From Octopus bimaculoides (taxonomy: Eukaryota), in NCBI RefSeq assembly GCF_001194135.2, contig NC_068990.1, forward strand, positions 72,068,990 through 72,132,989: a stretch of 64,000 nt of DNA, read 5' to 3'. The notes beneath the pieces are model-generated. The model was not told the DNA's origin and did no database searches. It was given only the letters and a program-made list of their open reading frames with translations. The translations under genes were made by a program, and so were the position numbers. Below, piece after piece: positions 27,384 to 41,890 of this stretch (position 1 is the first letter of the stretch; each line of letters begins with the position of its first letter).

Positions 27384-29279
27384 GTTAGTATTACCATTTT
27401 ATTTCTCCAATTACTGTAAGTTTTAAATAGATTGTTGAAGAGCAAATAAACATTTTGAGAATTTAAAAGAGATGTTCATGCAATCAGAAATATAAGTAAA
27501 TATCTGACAAATATAAATATATATATTAAAAGTGTAGGCATGGCTATGTGGTTAAAAAGTGCACTTTGTTAACCAAATAATTTCTGGATTAGTCCCATTG
27601 TGTGCATGGAGGCACATGGCTTAGTGGTTAGGTTGTTGGTCTCATGATTGTAAGATTGTGGTTTTGATTCCTGGACCAGGCAGTGTGTTGTGTTCTTGAG
27701 CAAAACACTTCATTTCATATTTCTTCAGTCCACTCAGTTGGCAAAAATGTGACAGACTGGTGTCCTGTCCAGGTGGGGAAAATATATGCCATGGAAACTG
27801 GGAAACCAACCCTTATGAGTTGATGCGACTCAAGAAGGAAACTTTACCTTTACTTTTTACTCACTGTATGACACCATGGGCCAAGTGCATTATACTATAG
27901 TCCTGGACCAAACAATGCTTTGTGAGTGAATTTGGTATAGAAAAACTGCGCAGAAGCCCATCAAATAGGTATGTGTGTATGTGTGTTTGTGCTTGACTCT
28001 TGCTTCACTGCTTGGTGGCCAATATGGGTTCATTTACATCCCCATAACTTAACATTTCAGCTAGAGACTTAAAAATAAGTAACGAGGTCGATTTGTTCAA
28101 GTAAAATTCTTCAAGGTGGTGCTAGAGGCCCAGCTACGGTCTAATGACTAAAATAAGTAAAACATGAAAGATAATAGAAGCTACAATGTTGTGAGATTAT
28201 GGTATTGCTTACTGATGGCTCATTTCATGGTCATAAGTTCAAACCATGCTATCCTTGTGCTCATAAAGCAAAGTTCATAACTCTACTTGCTTTAGTTTAC
28301 CAGGCTGACTATACAGGCCCCACTCATACTCTGCATTTCAGAGGCTGCCTGCTGTAAAAGTGTCTATAAAAGCAATAAGGAGCCTGTATGTAGTTGCTCA
28401 ACTTACTGCAAATTGCAACTAAATCTCCCTCAAATCAAACCTTACTATCTAAAAGAAAGGAAAGGATGGATTGGATAATTAGAATAAGACAACTGGGTGC
28501 TGATGATTTGGTACATGCTGATTGGACTTTCAGCTTGTTTTAGCGATTGTACATTTTGGTGTTGGAGGCACACACACACACACACACACGCATGTGTGCG
28601 CATGCACACACACATGTGCACACACACACATGCATGTGCATGAAGAAATATACTCATACAGATAGAAAGGGTGAAAGATAGAGAGGGAGAGAGAGTCAGA
28701 AAGAGAAACAGACATAGACAGAGAGGCATTACAATTTACTATCAGAAGACTACCCTCTGAGCAGTTTTCTGCTAGCTTCTTGATAATATTTTCACATTTG
28801 ATTCCCATTTCTAATAATTTTTATATTTTATGTCTAATTATTTCTTTGTATAATAGTGCTCACTTGCTTAGTAAATATTGCTTTCTTTATTTTATCACAG
28901 TCATAATCTTTCTTTTTTAAACAAACATCATGGTAGTCCAACAACAGAGGGAGAAGCAGTTTGTCAAGTTTTACCTTCCCCTCAAAGCAGCATAGAGATT
29001 TCAATTCAGCAGCCCATCTGTAAGCTTTGCAGTGTCTGTGTGAGAGAGAGAGAACAGTGCAAACAATGAATGAAACAGACATGAAATGAAAAAAAATCGT
29101 ATAAATAAAAGAGCATTACTACAGATATATATGCCCTCAACTTTGTTGCCTCACAACATCCAGAAAAATGGATACTTTTTAACAAAATTTTCTACAAATA
29201 CCACTTAGATGTTGTGGCTTCAGAGTATATAGGGATTTATGGGAAAGAAATTTTGCAAGGGGGTGGAGTGAGGAGTGGA

Positions 29280-30180
29280 GAGAGGAGTTTCAGGAAATTC
29301 ACACGATCTGACTTTCAGAAAGATGGGTGTCTTTTTATGAAAATTTATTCAAATCCCTTTCAAGTGGTATAGATTACGATTATAGAAAAATTTGTTGGGA
29401 TAATTTTTTCGGGTATTTTCCCCCTTTTTTATTAAACCACAGCCTTCGANNNNNNNNNNNNNNNNNNNNNNNNNNNNNNNNNNNNNNNNNNNNNNNNNNN
29501 NNNNNNNNNNNNNNNNNNNNNNNNNNNNNNNNNNNNNNNNNNNNNNNNNNNNNNNNNNNNNNNNNNNNNNNNNNNNNNNNNNNNNNNNNNNNNNNNNNNN
29601 NNNNNNNNNNNNNNNNNNNNNNNNNACGGGAAGAGCATTTTCTGTAAAAAAAAAGAAAATTCAGAGGAAAAAGTGATTTAATGACGATTTGACTGTTGTT
29701 TTTAGCACATCCAAAGACAACCCTCTTCGTTTCTTTATCACTCTCACATGTATTGATGTTTTTCAATATTTTTCCCCCATAAACACATTTATATGCTATA
29801 AAAAAGAAAATTTGAGAAATTATGAATTTTTTGCAACCTCACTCCCTGCACCTGGTTGTTTCTGTTTATAAATTAAAATATTGGAGAGCCTGAGAAGGTC
29901 ATTGCTGACATTTATCCACAGTGATTTTAAAAAAAGTACGGAGATGTACTTGCATAGCAAGTGACTTGATCTGAGATTGTGTGCTGAAACAAAAACAATT
30001 GCAGTGTGGAAGATGTTTGTAAACCATTCAAAAACACACAAATACCGTTAGTCTCACTTCAACATTAAAACTTCATTTGTGTCAAAATATTTTCATCGCT
30101 TTGAAACCACAACCTGTTCACTGACAAAACTTCACAAAAGTAATGCAGCACGAAGTTTTGTCAGTGAACAACACACAACA
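29280..30180. mobile_element. Unclassified repeat-like element (gap inside) ending in a perfect hairpin
   Basis: Composition differs from the flanks. 19-bp perfect inverted repeat at 30115-30133 / 30152-30170. Class not determined. Confidence 0.35.
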
Positions 30181-30861
30181 CACACACATTCATTGCCTTT
30201 CATTTGTGTGTATGTGTATCTATGTGTGTGTGTGCGAGTGTGTATTGGTGTGTGTGTACGTGTGTCACTGTTGAAGTTGTGTTTGGAAACTGTCAATAAG
30301 GTGCAAGCCATGAGTACTTGTTGGTAACTTTTTGTCTTTTTTTTTCTCCTCATCTTCTAATAGAGATTACCCATCTTTCTAGGCTCTTCTCACAGCTATC
30401 CCACATTCAAAAATTATACATGTATTTAAAAAATTTTCATTCAATAAATAATGTTTTTACATTACGTATACATTAATAGTGAATTAAAACTTAAAAGAGA
30501 AAGTGAGAGATTTTGCAAATGAAAAATTAATACTCTGCAGTGAATACAATGAATATTTAAATTTTTGATGAATTGGATGCAGTGAATATTTAAAAATGCG
30601 AGAAACTGAAGTTTAAAAAATTCAATAAACTTGAGAAGTCGAAATTATAGGAAATTTCTTAGAACATGAATTTATAAAAATATTTCCCTTTAATAATTGC
30701 TTTCTTTTAGAACTTTTAGTAATTGTTACATACCTAATTAATAAGTAGCTTTCTCCATTACAGTATAGATTAATTGAACATAATTGACATAAACACTTTT
30801 CCTCTTCTCATGGATATAACTGAAATATGCTCATCCACATGAATGAGAAAGAGAAAGAGAG

Positions 30862-30919
<58 letters not shown>

Positions 30920-32035
30920 GAAAAGAGGGGAGAGAGAGCAAAAGAAACATTAAAATTAAAATGTTTGCTGTTAAATAAATAATAAACCAGCATCAAATTA
31001 GCAGCACCATTTTGGCGGTGCTGAAATGGCTGTGCCGAAATGCCACATATGTTTGAATAATGTAGCTCTAATGTAGTTCTAGATATACTATTTATGAAAA
31101 CAAAATGGAGAAGTTAGTTTGATTGGCTGGTCTTCGGTGTGTGAAGTACAAAAATGAAAATAGTGTAATGGAAAACTACAAAGTTCTTAACATTACGTTT
31201 GTGCAATGTAGTTTTCTGGGTCACAATTTTTACATAACACATAATTAAATTTAATGTGATACATTATTACATTGAAATTACTTGTTGCTTTCATGTTAAG
31301 TTTAATAACCTTCTTATTGTGTATATGTGTGTGTAAATGAGTGAAGATGTTCTTGTAGTTAGGTGATTTAGTGTAAATATGTCTTTCAGATTATTGTACA
31401 TTATTTTGTTTTGTAATTTCTTTTAAGTATGCAATCTTTTGTCTCATAATGAACATGCAGATTTAAAAGAAAAAATAATTTATAGATGTTATCTTCATCT
31501 TTAACATTAAAGTTTTATATTCAACCATTTGTATTTTATATATTAACTAAGTATGAAGTCAGTAAGTCAGTCATATATTGTGATGCTCTTTAATGAGAAT
31601 GGCATTGATATATCTGATGACCAGTCAGTCTGTGTGTGTGTGTGTGCACGCGTGCATGCGAATAAAAGCTACCTTACAAATATTAACCTTCCCATTCCCT
31701 GCCAATTATTTTATATTACTGTTATTTTTAACATTAATGGTGTTGTGTATTAATGTGAAAAACTTCAAAATCAATCAAATCAACTGCTATTAAATTCTGT
31801 GTGTTCTTAATGCTTACACACACACACCACAAAAATATGTATGTATATATGGTTATATATATATATATGTATGTATATATAATTATATATATATATGTAT
31901 ATATAATTATCTCACTCTTTCTCTCTCACTCTCTCTCTCTCTCTCTATCTTTCTATCTATCTATCTCTCTCTATATATATACATGTATATGTACATACAT
32001 ACATTTAAACATGTACATATATAAATATGTATGCG

Positions 32036-32530
32036 TATATGGAGTGTGCTCAAAAAGTATCTGGCTTTATTTTTTCTCACCAAAACTAATACTGCGTGGA
32101 CAAAATCCTTTGGGTGGAAGGTGATGTCAACCTTTCTGCACATGTGTGGAAATTTTAATGCTGGTAGGCCATGTCAATTTACAGCTGTTACTTCCTAGAG
32201 TACAGACATGCAGTGCCCATTTGTCAGATTTTTGTTTCCATGCAAGATGACCAAATGCATCAAGCAAAGACCATTAAGCAGTGTCCCATAACTACTGATG
32301 ATGGTCTTTATGAAGTCTGGGTCGTGAGTTGCACTGTGCAGCATGTCCTGAGTGATTTCCATGGGAAGTTGCTTCTGCAGTTCCGCTAGTACCTTGGTGG
32401 TGAATTTTGCTGACACTCTCCACATGCACAATTCTTCTGTTCAAATGGAATGCACTGATCATGTACTTATTCCCACTTCATGAGCAGTTTCCTGGATTGT
32501 TATATGACGATCTTCCACAAGCTTGGGAAT
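32036..32530. mobile_element. Rearranged mariner remnant
   Basis: TIR-like gtgtgctcaaaaagtatctgg. A minus-strand piece MWRVSAKFTTKVLAELQKQLPMEITQDML..DPDFIKTII matches the mariner RVSAKFVP...DP.F...IITGDE region. Confidence 0.7.
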
Positions 32531-33134
32531 CCTGAGCCCATATTGGCCCATACATAAATCCAGTCCTGCATACAGCTCTGGGTCTAGTAGGCAGAGGGGT
32601 TAGTATAATTAGGCCTTATTAGTGGACACAATGTTTCTGTTGAATTGCTTGGGAAATTCATCAGAAATGGAGAAGTAAATGTAAATGAAGGCAGGTTCAG
32701 CTAGTTGAAGAAGAGCCATTGTATTGATGGTGTTGATTGAGTTGATGGAATTGGAGGAGACAGTCAGTTTTGTGTTTCAAAACTGATGATAGGATGCAGC
32801 TTCGGGAGGTGACCATGATTGATATTTCCTTGATTTACGTTTTTTTTCTTGCATATGTATGAGTGTCACTGCTGTGTGGTTGCTTGTATATATGATGTAT
32901 GAATGTAAAGAATTTTTGCAAGTACACACACACACATACACGTACACACACACATACATGCACATGCATATTCTCTCTCTCACACACACACACACACATG
33001 CACACATATTTTCTCTCAGTCACACATATTTTCTCTCAGTCACACATACACACACACACACAAAGCTAAAGATGAGTATTTTAAAAATCATAAAACAACA
33101 AACATTGACTCAAAGGATACAATCAATAAAATTA

Positions 33135-33179
<45 letters not shown>

Positions 33180-33236
33180 GTGGGTGTGTACTTGTAAAAT
33201 TCTCTACATATATATATATATATATATCATCATCAC

Positions 33237-33299
<63 letters not shown>

Positions 33300-34187
33300 G
33301 TTTGTATGTATGTATATGTTTATCGTATTTTCAGAGGGATATTTGTTAGTTTCTAAATAACTAACGTTTCCCTGTGTACCTGAAATTCTAATTCTATAAT
33401 CTTGGGTGATTAATAGATAATAGATAAAGATTTTTTTTTAAAGTGCATATGTAAAAAAAAATTTATGTTTTGGATGAAGTCATTCTTCAAGAAGAGAAGA
33501 AAACAATTTTCCTTTTTTTATTTTTCATGCATAAAAGAGTGGAAAAAGTAAAAAGAATTGCTAGAAATGGTAAAGAATTAGTTACTGCAAAAGGTGTGGG
33601 AATTTAAATGACTAGAGAGAGAAATGAAAAAAATTTAGAGGCTATGGAAAAGAGAGAGGAAAGAACAAGAAACAGGGAATTAAAATGAGAAAGAAGAGTA
33701 GGATTATTGATTGGCATAAGGTAGGGGTGAGTTGTAGGGGATTGGTTGGAGGTCAGTGATCAATAGGCCACTTGTCAATAATGATATACACATTCATGCT
33801 TCTACATGCTCATACATATAAACTGCTGAACTTTTTTTTCTTTTGCTAGTTAATATATTTTCATGCTTATAAGGACCTACATACATGGCTCATGCATACG
33901 TACAATTAAGTAGAAACTAAGCTTCTGGCCCTCATGTTGCCACATATATGCAAAACACATGCCTACATGTATGCATGCACATACAGGGTTACATGCTGTT
34001 GCAGCAAGCAAAACTATACATTCATGTAAGACATCAACATGCATGAAACATAGCGTATGCATGAACTGGCAGGCAAATGCATGTACGTGACTAAAAATGT
34101 AATATGCACATACATATGCCCGTTCATCCATATATGAATATATATATGTACATATACACACACACAAACGCACGTGTGCACACACAC

Positions 34188-34223
<36 letters not shown>

Positions 34224-35082
34224 NNNNNNNNNNNNNNNNNNNNNNNNNNNNNNNNNNNNNNNNNNNNNNNNNNNNNNNNNNNNNNNNNNNNNNNNNNNNN
34301 NNNNNNNNNNNNNNNNNNNNNNNNNNNNNNNNNNNNNNNNNNNNNNNNNNNNNNNNNNNNNNNNNNNNNNNNNNNNNNNNNNNNNNNNNNNNNNNNNNNN
34401 NNNNNNNNNNNNNNNNNNNNNNNNNNNNNNNNNNNNNNNNNNNNNNNNNNNNNNNNNNNNNNNNNNNNNNNNNNNNNNNNNNNNNNNNNNNNNNNNNNNN
34501 NNNNNNNNNNNNNNNNNNNNNNNNNNNNNNNNNNNNNNNNNNNNNNNNNNNNNNNNNNNNNNNNNNNNNNNNNNNNNNNNNNNNNNNNNNNNNNNNNNNN
34601 NNNNNNNNNNNNNNNNNNNNNNNNNNNNNNNNNNNNNNNNNNNNNNNNNNNNNNNNNNNNNNNNNNNNNNNNNNNNNNNNNNNNNNNNNNNNNNNNNNNN
34701 NNNNNNNNNNNNNNNNNNNNNNNNNNNNNNNNNNNNNNNNNNNNNNNNNNNNNNNNNNNNNNNNNNNNNNNNNNNNNNNNNNNNNNNNNNNNNNNNNNNN
34801 NNNNNNNNNNNNNNNNNNNNNNNNNNNNNNNNNNNNNNNNNNNNNNNNNNNNNNNNNNNNNNNNNNNNNNNNNNNNNNNNNNNNNNNNNNNNNNNNNNNN
34901 NNNNNNNNNNNNNNNNNNNNNNNNNNNNNNNNNNNNNNNNNNNNNNNNNNNNNNNNNNNNNNNNNNNNNNNNNNNNNNNNNNNNNNNNNNNNNNNNNNNN
35001 NNNNNNNNNNNNNNNNNNNNNNNNNNNNNNNNNNNNNNNNNNNNNNNNNNNNNNNNNNNNNNNNNNNNNNNNNNNNNNNNNN

Positions 35083-35123
<41 letters not shown>

Positions 35124-36072
35124 GCATGTATGTATTGTATGTATGTATATGTATATGTATATATGTATAATATACATACATACACTCACACAAGCACACA
35201 CACACACACATGTATGTATGTATGTATGTATGTATGTATGTATGTATGGATTTATACATATATATATATCATTAGATAAATGAAAATAAAAATAATATGA
35301 AATGTAAAAACCAGAAGATATGTATTTATAATTAATCTGTAACAATAAATTGTATTTTAGAGTGTGGTTATTGCTCATTGAAAACTTTTTTACAGAACAT
35401 TGGTCTCCATTTGGAATTATTTCAGCTGCAATGGAATATGGCAAAATTTTAATGTTCTGTTCATGAACGGAAGTTGATGCTTCTTGCAATGACAGTAGCA
35501 TCAACAGAATGTTATCTATCATGTACGGCATGCTTTTGTGTTTGAGAATGGTATAGTGTGTGTGGGTTTCAGAAAGATATAGAGAATATGTGTTTGGGAA
35601 AGGTTTAGTGAATTGTGTATGGAAAAGGTTGGAAGCATCTAGTTATTTATGTTTGAACAGGTTGCAATGAAATAATTACTTTCATTTAAATTTTTATGGA
35701 AATTACAAAAGAAGTTGAGAAGTAATACAATGAATTTGAATTGGTCTTTGACACATCATCATGTTTCTGATTACTAATAACACAACGATTTTTTTTTATG
35801 TGAAAATGTATGTAAAAAGTAAGTATTGTACTTGGTTGCAATATTTTATTCCTAAGAAAAATCACAACTCTTTTAAGCATTCAGATTGCTAAAAATCACA
35901 ACTCTTTTAAGCATTCAGATTGCTTAAAGTGCAGTTTGAGGATCTTCTACTATAACACTGGGTTGACCAATAGCTTGTGAGTGAATTAAGTAGATAGAAA
36001 CTGTGTGGATGCCCATTGTATGTGTATATGTATATATGTATGTATATGCATGTGTATGTGTGTGTGTATGTG

Positions 36073-36164
<92 letters not shown>

Positions 36165-36199
36165 TAAAGGTTATGAAGGGTATTGGAGTCAACCAAACC

Positions 36200-38068
36200 C
36201 TAAAGATATAGGTAATACCGAGTAAGTGCTGTATACCAACTAGTTTTGCCCCTGACGTGGTTGCAACATGAGTGGGGAATGTAACATGGGTCATGTATTA
36301 GCGTGTGTACATATAAAAAAAAAGAATAAGATAAAAAGACCAATGGCAAAAGTAGAATTATATTTTATGTATAAAGTCTCACAGCTGTTTCAGGGAAAAT
36401 CCAATGTATCCCTTCATCGGAGACGGTAATAGTAGAAGAATGGATTATTACATCTATAAGAGGAGATTTGTAGTAAGAAGTGAGAGCGATGCGTAGAAGA
36501 AAGAACAAAGAAGAAAAAAGACTTGGAGTATAGTTTCATTCCAACAGTAAACATCCATGTAAAGAATTCATGTGGGTATTTTCTGGAGATAATTGTAGTT
36601 GCAAAGGTGGATATATATCATATCGTATCCAGTATACTCTGTGCGTTGTTTACTCAAAGGATAGTCCGAATCGAGTGAGAGATGTGTGTAGGATTAAGAG
36701 GTCAAGCCTTAAGACAGGAAGGAAGGGAGGAGGAAGTAATTAAGAGAGAAATGGAGATACGGTTGCTGGTAGTAGGTGATCGTTAGGTCAGTTATACTAA
36801 CAGGAAGGAAGGAAGAAGGAGAGAGAGCAAAGGGAAGAATATGGGGGTGGAAGTATAAGTCTAGTAAAGAAATGGATATGTAGAGAGGTAATGTGGAGAA
36901 GTATTTATAATTGTGTACAGTGTCAGGATATGAAGGTACCTGTAGGTGGTGATGGTGTTGGTGGCATTCGGAGAATAGTATTAAAGGAAGGAAGCAAAAT
37001 AAGAGAACAGAGATAGTAGTGATAATATTCTAAAAATAGAGTTAAACCTATTTTAAAGATGGTAGAAGGGGGACCTATTTGCTAACTTGAGTTGGTTGGG
37101 GTTACCTATGGGGAGTTGTGGGAGTACGTTGTGTGGTCATTTGTGCATTTGTGTCTGTGATAGAATTTGAATGTATGGAAGAAACGGTGATTACAGGTGC
37201 TAAGTGCTTCGTTATATCGATTAAGTAGTGTGGGAGAATTGTATTTTAAAATATGGAATGCCTCCCCCAAGCAAAACTTGCAATTAGAGCGCTGGCCTTG
37301 TTATGGAATTCCAGAGTCCAGAATGGACCATGTTAAAGTATACTGGGTATTTGTGTTTTTGAGGTGGTGAATGTGGTTGGCTAGTATTGTAGATTTGCTG
37401 TGTTTTTCATATCTAAAAGAGCGAAGGTGGGCTGTATGGCGTTGCTTGAAATCTTTAGTTGAACCTATGTATGCAGCTGTAGAGTTATGTAGCAGATTGG
37501 TTACAGTGCATTTATATATTACGTTATATCTTACACAATGCGTTTGCAGCAGGCAGATTGTCCCGGAGCGACAGTTACAAGTAGATGAAACTTGGGGGTT
37601 GTGTTCTGTGGTGGATGAGGCAATATTGTTGGAGGATATGTTATATGAGGATGTAGAAGAATCTAGATCAGTGAAATCATTACTGTTATAGTTATTATTC
37701 CCTCTATTGTTATTATTATAGGATATAGTAGTATTATTTCTGGGTATACTAGTGGGCTGGGATCTATTATGGTCGTGTTCAAGTGTACGAGTGTCAGTGT
37801 TAGATGTATGTATATGAATGTCTATGTTGGGTATATGCGTGCGCTGAGTGCTAGTATTACCATAGTTATAGTTGTGTGAGTTTTGATAATAGAGTGAGAG
37901 TTTATGTTTATTAGAAGTTGCTATAATAGATTCGAAGCTAGGCATGGTTGAATAAGACAATTTCAAAGTGGATCTGTTAAATATAGAATGGTATTTATGT
38001 TGTCGGCGGAAACTGATGATCATTCTGTGACAGGCCCTAACTTCTAACTTCTTAAACATATATGTATA

Positions 38069-38122
<54 letters not shown>

Positions 38123-38290
38123 GACACATGCATATATTTCTAATCCAGAAGGGAGACAAACACTGATGTTCGATGTGGCAGGCTTGATAATTGTTAAGGG
38201 ACTTCTCTTAACATGAAACCAATGGTAGCCTTTACCCATAAATATAGAATCTTTATCCACCAATGCAGTTTTGAGCATTCATTCTCATTG
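36200..38290 (-). mobile_element. 5'-truncated Penelope-like element: linker, GIY-YIG endonuclease, 3' pLTR
   Basis: HKYHSIFNRSTLKLSYSTMP linker; CNCRSGTICLLQTHC knuckle; VIYKC...YIGSTKDFKQRHTAHLRSF...STILANHIHHLK...WSI. The frame continues past one TAA (37301-37303) as ...CKFCLGEAFHIL...LLNRYNEALSTCNH to 37106. Confidence 0.9.
36376..36424 (-). ncRNA. Minimal PLE-type hammerhead motif (U4C, N17=G)
   Basis: Minus strand: GUCU CCGAUGA AGGGA uacauuggauuu UCCCU GAA AC agcu GU G AGAC, within the PLE 3' region. Confidence 0.75.
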
Positions 38291-38361
38291 TCTGACATTA
38301 ACACACACACACACACATATATATTTCAGCATAACATTTAAATACTTAATCTATTTTCTAG

Positions 38362-38691
38362 TATTACCTGTCTGATGACACACTGGAAGTTCGAGAAATC
38401 CACAATGAGAATGATGGCAGAGACCCTTTCCCTGTCCTTATAAAACGTGACAAAGTACCCAAAAACCGCAACAATGTTCCCTCCACATACCCAGCCATCT
38501 CATTGGAACTCACTACCCATGAAGTCAGGGAATACGTCACTCCACCAGACTTTGTCATAGGTAAAACCGTCAATATATATGGCCGTGTCTTTCTTGTCTA
38601 TGACTGTGATAACTTCACCAAGGCTTATTACAACAGACACTTTGGTATCACAGATTTCACTCCCCTTGATGTGAAACACTTGCTTCCAAAG
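38362..38691 (+). CDS. EFHC1: EFHC1 exon E, DM10 domain 2
   Basis: ctattttctAG| ... AAG|GTAAGT, 330 nt, phase 0/0. YYLSDDTLEVREIHNENDGRDPFPVLIKR...DFVIGKTVNIYGRVFLVYDCDNFTKAYYNRHFGITDF...LLPK. Confidence 0.95.
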
Positions 38692-41439
38692 GTAAGTATT
38701 TTTATACTGTGTGTTTTGATTTGTTGAATAAATGCAGTGAACCAGCAGTATCATTGGCATGCTTGACAAAATACTTAGCGACATTTTTTCCAGCTTCATA
38801 TTCTGAGTTCAAATTCTACTGAGGTTAACTTTGCCTTTCATCCTTTCGGGGTTGATAAAAAGTACCATTTGAACACTTGAGGTGGTGTAGTGAACAAGCC
38901 CTCTCCCACAAGATTTCAAGCCTTGTGCCTATAATAGACAGAATTACTTATGTTAGGGCAGTAGAACTGCGAGTGTGGTGGACAAAATATCTTGTGGTGT
39001 TTTAACTCCCTTTATTCTAGTTTGAACTTCTACTGAGCTCCACTTTGCTTTTAGTTTTTCTAAAAGTGGTGAAACAAAGAACCACTTAAGTATAGTATTT
39101 GACAAAATAAAGTACCGTTCAAATACCACAGTTAATTAAATAAAATACTCTTCGTGTACTGGGGTTTGATATAATCAACTATAACCATGCCATTGTTACA
39201 AACATCATTTGGATTTTCTTACCTTTGATGATTATTTGTTTATGTCTATGGTTAATTCAGCTCATTGAGATGCTGAAAATTTATGACTGCCTGAATTACT
39301 CAAGGCACAAGGAAATATAGCCTTCTCCAAGATCTCTAGTTAGGCTGTACTTGTTCATAAGACCTTTGATCTGATATATAAGATAACCTATTTTTGCCAT
39401 ACATGCAACTCCAAATCAAAACATTGTTATTATCATGTTTATACCTTATTGAAATTCATAGCCTACATTTCAATTAATTTTGCAATTAACGAAGAATTTA
39501 GCAAACTAACTTTATCATAATTAAGCTGAGGTTTGGAACATAAATCAACATGAAATTTTGATGGATGGTTTTAATGTGGATCACTTTAAATAGGAAATTT
39601 GTATCACAGAACCAAGGGGGGGGGGGTCTCATGCAGTTTGGTATCAGAATGCTAAATGTCTGATTTATACACTGTAGGAGGAATTCTTTCAGTGTACAAT
39701 TTTGGACATGCTCTCAACTATCAGAGCTGAACAAGTTAAATTCTAATTTATCTAACACTAGACTTTTTACCAGTTTCACATTTTAAGTCCTCATGCTGCT
39801 GGATTATGCTGGTACATTGATTTTTCAGAGAAATACACCAGTTTTATATACAATTTGTCCCACAAGTTGAGGCCTTGTACTTATGCTAGAAATAATTACA
39901 TGTTAAATGGTTTTCGTTGCTCAGTTTCCAATCAGGACTGATCAAGAAAACCTATGATCAAAAATATTCCAGTTGTAGCTGTTATTGTCTATTTTGCTTT
40001 TGTTCTCCAAATACATATACTGATTAAATAATTAAAAAAAAAAACAATTAAATTGGAGCAATGAGCAGTCATGTCTGTGTGGTGAAAACATAAAATCAAT
40101 GCAAAGCTGTTGCTATTGATTTGATCCATGTTTTACAGCTTCATTGAACAAGATTTCCTGCACGCATTCTTGATGATAGACATTCCAGCCATGACATACC
40201 TGTTATTTTTCCCAATCTCATCCATCCTATTTTAAAACCAGTTAGGTGTGATATGATGAAAATATTGCTGCTATTTCTAACAATTTGAGTGACTCATTGA
40301 CTTTAGGTTCTAATGTTGGCTCATGGTTCCATGGTAGCTCAGTTTAAGTCTACAGACTCACTCCCTCATTCTTATGGCTCCCCTTGCTGGCTTCTACCCA
40401 TACATTGGCTTAGAATCCACTCAGTTGACTGTACCTCACTATTGACATATCATTTTGTACAATGTTGTAAATAAATGGCTAATGGAGAATCTTGCCTGTC
40501 ACAGTATAGAGACATTTCTCGTGGCACCAGCAAACAAAATGGAAAAGACATTACTCTGGATGATAGCAAGGGAGATGCGCTGGAATGATCACTTTGACAC
40601 ATGGGTCTTGCACTTATGGACAATAATCTCTGCCCTGATTGCAGTGAGCAGGGATATGGTCCAGGGGCCAAGAACACTGGAGGTCTCAACTTTCTTGGTA
40701 GATCAATGATTCTTAGTTGCTTCTCTCTCAGTAACTTACGAATCCTTGCCTTGGCTCCTTGTTTTACTCAGCTTCCACACTGCCGTTTCACTTCCTTATT
40801 GTCTCATTATCCTCATTAGCTGGAGCTGGCTTGGTAGACTGAAACTGCCTTCTTGGCTCAGATTCCTATGAAGGTGAGTATAAAAAAATGCATGAAGAAT
40901 AAACATGTGGTAACTAAGTTGCATAATCTTGCAGCGAGCTGGCCCTGAACCTACAACTGTAACCAAGACTGTACCTGAAGATTATAAGAAAACTGATAAA
41001 ACATTTCAATCTCAAACAGCAGCAGCAGCTGATGAACCAAGAATGGTATGTATTGGCATCAAAATCCCTTATCTTAATGATTTCTTGTGTAATTTTAGAC
41101 ATCCTTTACTTTTGTTGAAAGTTATGAATACATTTGGATTTAGGTTTCAGTTGCTGAGTACAATGTATCCTTTGTAGGTTTTGTGCAACAGTACATCCAC
41201 ATAAAAATAGGGAGCCCATCAATGGAGATCTTAATAATCCAAATCTTAATTATAGGGAAGAAATAACTAACGACAGAAGTGACATAGGCACTGACACCAT
41301 AGTAGCACACACTGGAAGAAGGGGGTATGGTTATGGAAGAACTAACAATCAAAGGGAAACAAACCTAACAAATTCTTCCACAGGCATAAAACTAGAAGGA
41401 CGAACTGCTAGAAAGAGCAGCACCAAAACTAATACCCGT

Positions 41440-41890
41440 AGAGAATTCAAAGATAATACTCGACTGAGGGAAAGAGAAAATAGAAGAAACTTGTAATGAA
41501 GTCAATAACACAATGGCTAATCGAAATAGGCAAACAAGTCAAACTAAGATATCAAATTAAGAATCTGGTCTATGTATGCAAAGTTACCTCGGAGAGAAGA
41601 GAATACTTTTATAAAAGAGACTAGCCAATCATTTAAGTTCTTTTAGAGATGGGGAAAAAGAAATAATACAAGCCTAAGCAAACTAATTTGGTCAATTAGA
41701 GACAGGAAACAATAACTATTCTATTGAATAGGAGCTAACTAGTATTGCTAAGCCTTATTGAGTAGGGGGAAATAGATGTGACTTATGTGTAAAAAAACTT
41801 TGCCAAATATTTACATCAAAACACAGATTAATTAATACAAGACATGAACAAGCCCCAAGATGCTTACACAAACACAATAGGACCTTTAAG
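41440..41890 (+). mobile_element. Decayed Penelope-like GIY-YIG remnant
   Basis: IKNLVYVCKVT...KRLANHLSSFRD.GKRNNTSLSKLIWSIRD...AKPY..GGNRCDLC...RLINTRHEQAPRCLHKH, with stops and frameshifts. Confidence 0.7.

Noticed and set aside
28878-29069. Exon-like segment with splice-like sites on both strands
   Set aside because: The plus version (phase 2/1) is incompatible with the phase-0 EFHC1 junction; the minus version has no partner exons or homology.
33877-35531. Long ORFs spanning N gaps (also 5699-6340, 47158-47865, 51381-52707, 58495-59029)
   Set aside because: Open only because Ns and (TA)n/(CA)n tracts lack stop codons.
35300-35660. Possible further Penelope endonuclease remnant (also purine-rich 16830-17160)
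   Set aside because: Only faint motif similarity; not supportable without a profile search.
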